From: Bilabrum cf. latius
Taxonomy: Eukaryota
NCBI GenBank assembly: GCA_965178125.1
Contig: OZ237756.1
Coordinates: forward strand, 980,269-1,000,268
Reading direction: 5' to 3'
DNA: 20,000 nucleotides
Translations under genes and position numbers: made by a program
In this document: positions 1-9,820 of the stretch, in pieces
How positions within the stretch are numbered: the first letter of the stretch is position 1
Layout: each line of letters starts with the position of its first letter
The notes under the pieces: model-generated
Database searches by the model: none
What the model was told of the DNA's origin: nothing
The model's input: only the letters and a program-made list of their open reading frames with translations

Positions 1-1
1 A

Positions 2-1052
2 TCATTGCCACCCTTGTTCCCTTCTGAGAGACCTCGGATTCATATCCAAGCTCCTGATGGATACGGTCTTAGCCATCCAAATATTTCCCGTGGCATGGTT
101 GTAGGAATACGAGAGCTGGACAGCTGGAACATATCCAAGAGGCTAATTGGTAAGGTTTAGGCATCGGCAGCATGCTGTCGACTCATGTTATTGTCACAGC
201 CGCGATGAAACCCCCGATTTGCCTGTCGACTTCGCAGATGTCGTCCAAACTGTCTTTCGGATCATGTGCCAGGAACAGCCACCAAACGTGTTTCCCGCTG
301 CTGTGCATAGGTCCCCTCCGGGTTGGTTGGCCGCTCCAGCGCCTGCCCCTACCCCTGCCCCTGCCCCTGCCCCTGCCCCTGCCCCTGCCCCTGCCCCTGC
401 CCCTGCCCCTGCCCCTGCCCCTGCCCCTGCCCCTGCCTACCGCCCGATGCCGTCCACCAGCCGGTCTGTCCCCACGGGCCCCGTGCATATGCCCCCCTGT
501 CCAGATCGCTTTGTGGGCGTGGACAGCATGGAGCCTGCCGTGCTGCAGGTGCTAGCCGTGGATGAGGGAGAGGCGGACAGGACGGTGCACCGGCAGGAGC
601 CCGGGATCCGTGGGCTGCGAGACAGGCTCAAGGGGCTAGTGCAGGCCAACAGGGACATGGCCGGTCGGCTGGTATAGGGGGCAGATGGACCCTCGGGGCA
701 CAGGGTCCGGCGAGAAACCCTCGAGTCTCAACTGGCGGTGCGCCAGGTAGAGGGGGCCCAGCTGGAGGAGAGGCTCAAAGCGGCGCTGCGCAAGAGGGAC
801 CAGGCAGGCGCGGGGCAGGGGGGTGATGCCGCTGCGCTGAGTGCCAAACTTGGGCGCCTGGAGGAATAGGCGGGGGATGAACTGGATGTAGCTCGCGAGG
901 AACTGGTCGATGGGGCTTGGGAGAGCGGGGATGGAAATCGACGGCAGGCCATCAGCAAGGTGTGCGACAGGATCCTGGCCGCTGCCACCCGCAGGGCCGA
1001 GATGCACGGGAAGAGGCTGCTGCTGGATGCGTTTGGACTTGCCACCGAATGA
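2..1052 (+). CDS. VPS37: ESCRT-I subunit, VPS37(A)-like (UEV-like N-terminus, Pro/Ala linker, coiled-coil C-terminus); 5' partial; exons <2-149 and 238-1052
   Basis: Manual translation of exon 1 gives SLPPLFPSERPRIHIQAPDGYGLSHPNISRGMVVGIRELDSWNISKRLI. A GTAAGG...TTCGCAG intron (150-237) joins it in frame to DVVQTVFRIMCQEQPP, resembling the VPS37A UEV-like domain. PPCPDRFVGVDSMEPAVLQVLAVDE and the C-terminal helices resemble the Mod(r) region. The frame passes through TAG at 675-677 and 867-869 and ends at TGA 1050-1052. Family call is from recalled motifs, not a search. Confidence 0.65.
150..237 (+). other. Spliceosomal GT-AG intron (88 bp)
   Basis: G|GTAAGG donor and TTCGCAG| acceptor. Removing it fuses two frames into a continuous UEV-like sequence. 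Confidence 0.7.
342..437 (+). repeat. (CCCCTG)n hexamer microsatellite encoding a Pro-Ala linker
   Basis: About 15 tandem CCCCTG copies, read as (PA)n in the VPS37 frame. Confidence 0.95.
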
Positions 1053-1245
1053 TCGGCTGCAACAGATATACGTGTAGGACGCCACTCACTCGTCATGCGG
1101 CCAACTGATTGTCGGCCTGACCGAGCGACACAAAAATTTAGCCCGCGCCACATCTACTCGGAGCCTCAGGAAATCCACGTGCTCGAAAGACGCCTTCCAA
1201 GGCTCCCAATCAGGTGTGTTTGGAATGGCATTCTAAGCATTAAAT

Positions 1246-3114
1246 ATGGATGCGGTCAGTAGTCCTGCCAGGCGGGCTCGTAGACGAAGGAGACGGAGAC
1301 GCGGTCCAGGCCAATCGGGTGCACAGACTGGTGCGCCTGCTCTGACACTTGGGGGTTTACTATCCAGCTCTCTGGCTGGGCATGATAAACAACCTGCAAA
1401 GGTGCACGATTCCAACCTGTCCAGACCCCATGGCTTGGCAAAAGCACCGGCGATTCCGAAAGGTGGCTCAAGCCGGTTTCGAATCAAACCAGCGTCTGCA
1501 GAAAAGCATGGTGGTCACGGCGGTAACCCTGGCAGCGCCTCGAGAGTAGTTGTCTAGTCCAGACGCAGGAAACGCGCATCTCCTGTTGCAATCGATATGC
1601 TCCGAGAGAGGCTCAACAGGTGGGCGACGAACAATCCAAAAGCAATGTCAGCTGCGCTAGAGCACTTTGCGGGCAGGCCTGCGGACTCGCGCGGGTGCCA
1701 AGAGCTCCGTGAATCTATGGCTGATGTCGACCGGACAGATTCTGAACAAATTGCCAAGGTTGTTGCATGCTTACTGCACTATGGTGGTTTGACGAGAAGT
1801 ACCAATGTGGCAGCAGTCCGATCGATCGTTCCTTGGATCCCTACTGCTGGCTCAGATTAGCGGGATGCCGTGTCACATCACCCACCAGATATGTACATGG
1901 TGGGCAGTGTGAACATTGAGGTGGCAGCTGCTGCCTCATCTGGCCCTACGAAGCCAGCCGGAGTCAAGTCTACCCGTGGAGTTCACGCTGCATCAAACAA
2001 GCTGTCCCTGCACCTACCTGCCTCAGTCATTCGCCTAGAATCGGAGGCGCTCATTGCCGCAGTGCAAGGTGTATCGTCCACTAAACCGCCGTGTGCGACC
2101 GTTTGTCTGGTACATGCAGGAAAGCCCACTGCAAGCGCCGCCCCAACTGTGCCGTGTCCTAGCCCCCATGCAGGGTCATCGGGCAGTGCGCCTGCTGGTC
2201 CAGCACTGGAACTGCAGCCGAGCACAGGAAAGGAACTATGCATCCACATGCCCCTGCAGGCCCCGCTGCTGGCCGCCCCGTTGCCCCCGCACCAGGTGCG
2301 ACTCCGGTGTCCCCATCAGCTGTCCGCCGCGCTGGATGCCGCCGTCGAGGCCATGCTGCGGAGGGTCCGTCGGTTGCAGTGGAGGGCGGAGCAGAAAGAC
2401 CTGGCGGCAGCGAGGCTGAAGCCAAGGTACGTGGCTGGGCTGCGGCAGGCGTGCAGTGCTGTGAGAACGGGCCGTGCTCTGCTGGTGGTGCTGGCTCCAA
2501 ACACCAAGGGTGGAGACGGGAAAGGAGCCATCGGGAGCGGCCCAGGAGATGGCGCCGAGGCAACTGGAGCAGCTTCTGGTGCGGGTGCATCTGACCCGAT
2601 GCATGCCAGCCTGGGTGCAGACCCAGGTCCTCCTCAGCAGCCTCCTCTAGCAACGGGTGGCATGGATGGCAGAGTCCGTGCCTTAGTGCAGTCCATTGTA
2701 GCAGCGCAAAACGACGAAGCAGCTACGGCTGCCTATGCTCTGTCGACCGGCAAAGGTCGTGCTGCTGCCCTGCGCAAGGGCACCGAGTGCATTTGCGCCC
2801 TCTCAACGAAGCGAATCGCTAGGGCGCTGCAGGACGTAGGAGGGGGAAGGCGTGCAGGAGATGCGGCTGCGGGCAGATCAACAGGGGGAAGGCAAGCAGG
2901 AGATGCGGCTGCGGGCAAATCAAGGCGAGGCAGCCGCAAGCGAAGCGGGCCTGAGCACGTGTCGGCGATTGCTCTGCTGTCAGAGGAGCAGCTGGGCGCC
3001 CTGCCGCAGGTTGTGCGGGCCCTGGCTCGCGCCCTAGCTGTGGGTGGTGGTGGGCTCGCTGGCGCTGACGTCCCGGGTGCGCCGGTTGGTCTGTGGGTAC
3101 ACCACAAACTGTGA
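1246..3114 (+). CDS. SECISBP2: SECIS-binding protein 2 (SBP2/SECISBP2)-like L7Ae-domain RNA-binding protein, about 622 aa if TAG is read as sense
   Basis: ORFs 1246-1557, 1597-1860 and 1870-3114 share one frame and are separated only by TAG (1555-1557, 1858-1860); the frame ends at TGA. The C-terminal motifs LDAAVEAMLRRVRRLQWRAEQKDLAAARLKPRYVAGLRQ...LLVVLAPN, GGMDGRVRALV, ICALSTKRIARAL and VSAIALL parallel the SBP2 RNA-binding domain. The start codon is uncertain. Confidence 0.75.
2842..2922 (+). repeat. 42-bp tandem duplication within the CDS
   Basis: GGGGGAAGGCGTGCAGGAGATGCGGCTGCGGGCAGATCAA and GGGGGAAGGCAAGCAGGAGATGCGGCTGCGGGCAAATCAA, encoding GGRRAGDAAAGRST and GGRQAGDAAAGKSR. Confidence 0.85.
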
Positions 3115-3220
3115 CCTTGGCGATGGTGCTGTACAGCAGATTGCCGTGGATACGTCTAGCGAGTAAATCAACTAAATCTTCGACTTGACTGAAAGTACGC
3201 GTTTCGATCTCTCCAGGTCA

Positions 3221-5167
3221 TTACGCGAGCTCGCACTTGCCACTGATGAGCAGCTGCAGCAGCTACTTCTTGTTCACCTTTCCCATAGCGTTGCGGGGAA
3301 TTTCTTCGACCCAAACAACTGCTCGGGGGCTCTTGTACGGAGCCATCTGCCCCAGGGCCCACTCCTGCACCTCCTGGGCGCTTGCATTTGTGCTAACTGG
3401 GGCCCGCACCGCTAGGGCAAGCACCGTCTCACCCATGCCTCTAGCCTCCAGTGCGGCGATGGCATGCCCACACGGTTCCAGCCCGCTACTGTCCCACTTG
3501 TCTCGCAGAGCCTATCGCACAGCTGCTGCATCTTCGTCTGGAATCCCGAGCACTGACACATCGCCGACAGCCTCGTGGTCCAGCATAACCGTCTCGGCCT
3601 CGAGCGCCGACACCTTGTACCCTCCTACCTTAATGATGTCCGCCGATGCACGCCCCAAGATGCGCCAGCGACCCTTCAAATCCCGCGCCACCATATCACC
3701 GGTCTGGAACCACCTTGGGACCGCTTGCACCTGCTCCTGCGACATGGCGCGCTGTGCCGCCGGGCCATTGACACCCTCATAGGCAACCGTGCCAGCGGGC
3801 AGCTGCGACCCCTTCTTGAAGGCCTCTGCAGTCGCCTCTTCCCTGCGCCAATAGTGATCAAACACGCTGGGCCCAGCAAGCCACAGTTCCCCGGTCACTC
3901 CCCCCTCTTCCCCATCCCCATGCTGCACATCCTGCGGTCTTGCCTCGCGGTCAGGAGCCACTGCCGCCATCACCCCCGGCAGCGGCCAGCCCACCGACCC
4001 GAGCACCCTGCCTTCCTCGGGCTCGAATGGATTGGACAGCGCCATGCCCACCTCCGTCATGCCATACCTCTCTAGCAGGCGGCCGCCCGTGCGCTGAGTC
4101 CACGCCCGGCCAAGGGCTGCTGGCAGTGGCGCTGATCCACTGAAGCACTACACTGCTGGGCTACGACCCCGGACATGCTCTTCTTTCAGCACATTCCCCG
4201 TCTACTGCAAGAGCTTGTGGTACATGGCTGGCACTGCCATGAAGCGCGTGGGGGTGCACTGCACTGCAGGTGCATTGTCCTCCTGCCCTGTCAAAGCGCT
4301 CCACACCGTGTCCGGAGAGAACTTGCCCCTGCGCATGTCCACAGTGGCCCCCGCCCACATGGCGCACTGCAATCCGTTGATCAGTCCGTGCACGTGGTGC
4401 AAGGGCAGTGTGTGCAGCACGATGTCGCTGGGTTGCCACTGCCAGGCGTCCACCAGGGTGGAGGTCATGGCATCCAGGGAGGCATGTGTATGTACGACGC
4501 CCTTTGGTCGACTGGTTGTGCCAGAGGTGAATATCATGAGTGCCCCGCTGCCAGATTGCGCAACATGATCCGGCAAATCGTCATGTAGCGGGCGGGCGCT
4601 TACATGTGCAGCGTGCTGCTTATTCCACTGCCGCACTGACACATGCTTCGCATGCAGGTTTCGGGCAAGATCCTTGGCTTCATTGTAGCTGTTGCTAAGA
4701 TCAAGAATGATTCCACTGCCCGAAGAAATTGAGGTCGTGGATGCAACTGTGCTCACCGGCACTGGAAGATTCAGATCCCAAACTCGGCTTGCAAGGGAAC
4801 TGCTGCAGATAACCATAGCAGGATCTGATGTTGTTATCGCATACCCCAACTCAGATTGTGGGTGGGAGTCACACAGTGGGACTACCATAGCGCCAGCTTG
4901 CCAAACTGCCCACTGCGCTGCAACGAAGTCATACCCAGTTGCCAAAACACATACTCTTGGTGTCGCCTGCGCTGACATTTGTTCACTCTTCTTGATTCTA
5001 AGGTACTAGCTGATCTCTACGGCAAGCTGCGCCGAATCAGCTCCCAAGTGCTAGTAAGTAAAGGCATGGGTACGATCCAAATCAAGAATAGCTATTCTCT
5101 CCGGTGAATGCACCTGAGACAGTTTAAAGACAGTAGACATAGGTCTTGCTGGTGATTTGCAGAACAT
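3221..5167 (-). CDS. ACSF3: Malonate-CoA ligase / acyl-CoA synthetase family member 3-like (AMP-binding enzyme), about 650 aa if TAG is read as sense
   Basis: One frame contains IFTSGTTSRPKGVVHTH, LHTLPLHHVHGL, FMAVPAMY, SGSAPLP, LLERYGMTEVGMALSNP, WFQTGD, ILGRASADIIKVGGYKVSALE and MAPYKSPR...IPRNAMGKVNKK. It is interrupted by six TAG codons (5051, 5006, 4202, 4148, 3512, 3263) and ends TAA TGA at 3223-3218. The start is uncertain: ATG 5167, ATG 5140, or ATG 5253 with a GTGAGT...CTGACTAG intron at 5245-5190. Confidence 0.88.
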
Positions 5168-5597
5168 ACCATGTCGTTCTGCAGAATATCTAGTCAGGTG
5201 AGAGCATCGTCCGAACCGCCCGCTGCGATGCAAACAGCAACTCACAATTGCATGTATATTCGAGTACAGCAGAAATCAGTCACGTCTACCTATAACCTTA
5301 CTCTACTCACGCTTTAGAGATAGCTCGAAGCATACAAAATTTGTGTACGTGTAGCTGACGCACCTGCATAAATGTAGATCTAGGAGGCACCATGAGTGGT
5401 GGCTCCGGATCCGAACGCACACGGACCTACCTAACTTGATAGATCGACGTGCAATACTAATTTGGTACTGTAAAGTCATGCTATTGCTTAACACAATCTC
5501 ATATATCGTGCCCACAAGGCGCCAGCGGCACCCTCCAAACCTCATCCGTGGCGCTCTCGTCTAGCCTCCGGTACATGTTCGTGAGGCCAAGGATAAT

Positions 5598-6477
5598 GGG
5601 TTTAGGGTTAGGGTTAGGGTTAGGGTTAGGGTTAGGGTTAGGGTTAGGGTTAGGGTTAGGGTTAGGGTTAGGGTTAGGGTTAGGGTTAGGGTTAGGGTTA
5701 GGGTTAGGGTTAGGGTTAGGGTTAGGGTTAGGGTTAGGGTTAGGGTTAGGGTTAGGGTTAGGGTTAGGGTTAGGGTTAGGGTTAGGGTTAGGGTTAGGGT
5801 TAGGGTTAGGGTTAGGGTTAGGGTTAGGGTTAGGGTTAGGGTTAGGGTTAGGGTTAGGGTTAGGGTTAGGGTTAGGGTTAGGGTTAGGGTTAGGGTTAGG
5901 GTTAGGGTTAGGGTTAGGGTTAGGGTTAGGGTTAGGGTTAGGGTTAGGGTTAGGGTTAGGGTTAGGGTTAGGGTTAGGGTTAGGGTTAGGGTTAGGGTTA
6001 GGGTTAGGGTTAGGGTTAGGGTTAGGGTTAGGGTTAGGGTTAGGGTTAGGGTTAGGGTTAGGGTTAGGGTTAGGGTTAGGGTTAGGGTTAGGGTTAGGGT
6101 TAGGGTTAGGGTTAGGGTTAGGGTTAGGGTTAGGGTTAGGGTTAGGGTTAGGGTTAGGGTTAGGGTTAGGGTTAGGGTTAGGGTTAGGGTTAGGGTTAGG
6201 GTTAGGGTTAGGGTTAGGGTTAGGGTTAGGGTTAGGGTTAGGGTTAGGGTTAGGGTTAGGGTTAGGGTTAGGGTTAGGGTTAGGGTTAGGGTTAGGGTTA
6301 GGGTTAGGGTTAGGGTTAGGGTTAGGGTTAGGGTTAGGGTTAGGGTTAGGGTTAGGGTTAGGGTTAGGGTTAGGGTTAGGGTTAGGGTTAGGGTTAGGGT
6401 TAGGGTTAGGGTTAGGGTTAGGGTTAGGGTTAGGGTTAGGGTTAGGGTTAGGGTTAGGGTTAGGGTTAGGGTTAGGG
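5598..6477 (+). repeat. Telomeric (TTAGGG)n tract 1, about 146 copies
   Basis: Perfect TTAGGG array; the first unit reads GGG-TTTAGGG. Confidence 0.99.
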
Positions 6478-6540
6478 TATCTAATATAAAGTCAGGGACA
6501 GGGTCGGGGAAAAAATATTTTCATCTTCAATATTTGTCGA

Positions 6541-7613
6541 AAAACGACGTGCTACGATCTCGGTAACTACAGGTGATATGAAGACCGTTCAAACTGCATC
6601 GGGACGGCCTGGGGGCACAACATGGGCCAAATGTTCCCCAGGTTCCGTTCTGGCCGCGTGGCGCCGATATGGGTGTATGAAGAATTTCACACCGAAAAAC
6701 GACGTGCTACGATCTCGGCAACTACAGGTGATATGAAGACCGTTCAAACTGCATCGGGACGGCCTGGGGGCACAACATGGGCCAAATGTTCCCCAGGTTC
6801 CGTTCTGGCCGCGCGGCGCCGATATGGGTGTATGAAGAATTTCACACCGAAAAACGACGTGCTACGATCTCGGCAACTACAGGTGATATGAAGACCGTTC
6901 AAACTGCATCGGGACGGCCTGGGGGCACAACATGGGCCAAATGTTCCCCAGGTTCCGTTCTGGCCGCGCGGCGCCGATATGGGTGTATGAAGAATTTCAC
7001 ACCGAAAAACGACGTGCTACGATCTCGGCAACTACAGGTGATATGAAGACCGTTCAAACTGCATCGGGACGGCCTGGGGGCACAACATGGGCCAAATGTT
7101 CCCCAGGTTCCGTTCTGGCCGCGCGGCGCCGATATGGGTGTATGAAGAATTTCACACCGAAAAACGACGTGCTACGATCTCGGCAACTACAGGTGATATG
7201 AAGACCGTTCAAACTGCATCGGGACGGCCTGGGGGCACAACATGGGCCAAATGTTCCCCAGGTTCCGTTCTGGCCGCGCGGCGCCGATATGGGTGTATGA
7301 AGAATTTCACACCGAAAAACGACGTGCTACGATCTCGGCAACTACAGGTGATATGAAGACCGTTCAAACTGCATCGGGACGGCCTGGGGGCACAACATGG
7401 GCCAAATGTTCCCCAGGTTCCGTTCTGGCCGCGCGGCGCCGATATGGGTGTATGAAGAATTTCACACCGAAAAACGACGTGCTACGATCTCGGCAACTAC
7501 AGGTGATATGAAGACCGTTCAAACTGCATCGGGACGGCCTGGGAGCACAACATGGGCCAAATGTTCCCCAGGTTCCGTTCTGGCCGCGCGGCGCCGATAT
7601 GGGTGTATGAAGA
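6541..7613 (+). repeat. 155-bp tandem satellite, subfamily A
   Basis: Near-identical monomers AAAACGACGTGCTACGATCTCGGCAACTACAGG... with a 155-bp period. Confidence 0.97.
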
Positions 7614-7865
7614 TTTGCATGTTTATTCAATATGCATGGTTTATCTGTCAATTGTAGAATGGGTATGGTGTACATGACAGTTGTATTTGCTGTGTGGATT
7701 GCTTTGATCTAAGGTATTAACTGGTTGACACGTCAAGACTCAACAGAATGCCTCCCGGCTCCTAATGCTGCGTCCGAATGGGTCAATGGCAGACACTTTG
7801 GCAAACTCCTCTCACAAGCTGGCCCAGCTGCCACTGACCTCAATTGCCGTCCCCCTGCCTGCCTC

Positions 7866-8009
7866 TCACTCGTCACCGAAAGCTGCTAGGAGCGCTTCCA
7901 CAGCGTCGACGTCTGCCGCATTGAGATCTCCTTTCGCCGTCTTCTCGAGGGCCGTCATCAGGTTTGCGAACATTTCCAACTCGCGGTCCCTCTCTTCAAT
8001 TGTTGCCTC
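7866..8009 (-). pseudogene. Possible 5'-truncated coding fragment (47 codons plus TGA) in the element tail
   Basis: EATIEERDRELEMFANLMTALEKTAKGDLNAADVDAVEALLAAFGDE* has a helical, protein-like composition and is cut off by the telomeric tract. No family recognised. Confidence 0.4.
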
Positions 8010-8010
8010 G

Positions 8011-8407
8011 GTTTAGGTTAGGGTTAGGGTTAGGGTTAGGGTTAGGGTTAGGGTTAGGGTTAGGGTTAGGGTTAGGGTTAGGGTTAGGGTTAGGGTTAGG
8101 GTTAGGGTTAGGGTTAGGGTTAGGGTTAGGGTTAGGGTTAGGGTTAGGGTTAGGGTTAGGGTTAGGGTTAGGGTTAGGGTTAGGGTTAGGGTTAGGGTTA
8201 GGGTTAGGGTTAGGGTTAGGGTTAGGGTTAGGGTTAGGGTTAGGGTTAGGGTTAGGGTTAGGGTTAGGGTTAGGGTTAGGGTTAGGGTTAGGGTTAGGGT
8301 TAGGGTTAGGGTTAGGGTTAGGGTTAGGGTTAGGGTTAGGGTTAGGGTTAGGGTTAGGGTTAGGGTTAGGGTTAGGGTTAGGGTTAGGGTTAGGGTTAGG
8401 GTTAGGG
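8011..8407 (+). repeat. Telomeric tract 2
   Basis: (TTAGGG)n with a variant GTTTAGG start. Confidence 0.98.
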
Positions 8408-9717
8408 TATCTAATATAAAGTCAGGGACAGGGTCGGGGAAAAAAAAATTTCATCTTCACTTTTTGTCGAAAAAATGCGCGCGACGATCTCGGCAACCAG
8501 ATGAGATATGAGGACCGTTCAAACTGCATCGGGACGGCCTGGGGGTACAATGTTGGGCAAATGTTCCCCAGGTTCCGTTTATACCGCGCGGCGACAATAT
8601 GGCTGGACGAAGATTGTCATGCAGAAAAAATGCGCGCGACGATCTCGGCAACCAGATGAGATATGAAGACCGTTCAAACTGCATCGGGACGGCCTGGGGG
8701 TACAATGTGGGGCAAATGTTCCCCAGGTTCCGTTTTGACCGCGCGGCGACAATATGGCTGGACAAAGATTGTCATGCAGAAAAAATGCGCGCGACGATCT
8801 CGGCAACCAGATGAGATATGAAGACCGTTCAAACTGCATCGGGACGGCCTGGGACCACAACAGGGGGCAAATGTTCCCCAGGTTCCGTTTTGACCGCGCG
8901 GCGACAATATGGCTGGACGAAGATTGTCATGCAGAAAAAATGCGCGCGACGATCTCGGCAACCAGATGAGATATGAAGACCGTTCAAACTGCATCGGGAC
9001 GGCCTGGGGGTACAATGTGGGGCAAATGTTCCCCAGGTTCCGTTTTGACCGCGCGGCGACAATATGGCTGGACGAAGATTGTCATGCAGAAAAAATGCGC
9101 GCGACGATCTCGGCAACCAGATGAGATATGAAGACCGTTCAAACTGCATCGGGACGGCCTGGGGGTACAATGTGGGGCAAATGTTCCCCAGGTTCCGTTT
9201 TGACCGCGCGGCGACAATATGGCTGGACGAAGATTGTCATGCAGAAAAAATGCGCGCGACGATCTCGGCAACCAGATGAGATATGAAGACCGTTCAAACT
9301 GCATCGGGACGGCCTGGGGGTACAATGTGGGGCAAATGTTCCCCAGGTTCCGTTTTGACCGCGCGGCGACAATATGGCTGGACGAAGATTGTCATGCAGA
9401 AAAAATGCGCGCGACGATCTCGGCAACCAGATGAGATATGAAGACCGTTCAAACTGCATCGGGACGGCCTGGGGGTACAATGTGGGGCAAATGTTCCCCA
9501 GGTTCCGTTTTGACCGCGCGGCGACAATATGGCTGGACGAAGATTGTCATGCAGAAAAAATGCGCGCGACGATCTCGGCAACCAGATGAGATATGAAGAC
9601 CGTTCAAACTGCATCGGGACGGCCTGGGGGTACAATGTGGGGCAAATGTTCCCCAGGTTCCGTTTTGACCGCGCGGCGACAATATGGCTGGACGAAGATT
9701 GTCATGCAGAAAAAATG
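8408..9717. mobile_element. Element copy 2 (subfamily B): head and 8 x 155-bp monomers, truncated within the array
   Basis: Same head; monomers AAAAATGCGCGCGACGATCTCGGCAACCAGATGAG... span 8471-9710; ends AAAAATG|GGTTAGGG. Confidence 0.6.
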
Positions 9718-9820
9718 GGTAGGGTTAGGGTTAGGGTTAGGGTTAGGGTTAGGGTTAGGGTTAGGGTTAGGGTTAGGGTTAGGGTTAGGGTTAGGGTTAG
9801 GGTTAGGGTTAGGGTTAGGG
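9718..9820 (+). repeat. Telomeric tract 3
   Basis: About 17 TTAGGG copies. Confidence 0.98.

Larger units (their letters stand above)
6478..8010. mobile_element. Telomere-embedded element copy 1 (subfamily A): head, about 7 x 155-bp monomers, about 400-bp unique tail
   Basis: Head 6478-6540; monomers start at 6541, 6696, 6851, 7006, 7161, 7316 and 7471; unique sequence 7614-8010. Mobility is inferred. Confidence 0.6.

Noticed and set aside
342-437. (CCCCTG)n as an interstitial telomere variant
   Set aside because: It is in frame as a Pro-Ala linker in the Pro-rich region expected for this protein, and it differs from CCCTAA.
3221-5167. ACSF3, SBP2 and VPS37 as subtelomeric pseudogenes or split genes
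   Set aside because: All ten interruptions are TAG, with no frameshifts and intact motifs; codon reassignment is more parsimonious.
5303-5545. 80-aa minus-strand ORF and other short overlapping ORFs in 1-5.5 kb
   Set aside because: No recognisable motifs; most are shadow frames of the three real genes.
5548-6489. Long (GL)n and (RV)n ORFs here and at 7964, 9529, 9593, 16377, 16390 and 19560
   Set aside because: They are translations of (TTAGGG)n, not genes.
7931-7961. Minus-strand CTGATGA...GAAA resembling a hammerhead ribozyme core, which would suit a Penelope-like element
   Set aside because: The base after CTGATGA is C and cannot close stem II with the C before GAAA. No convincing stems I or III were found, and the motif lies within the coding-like frame.
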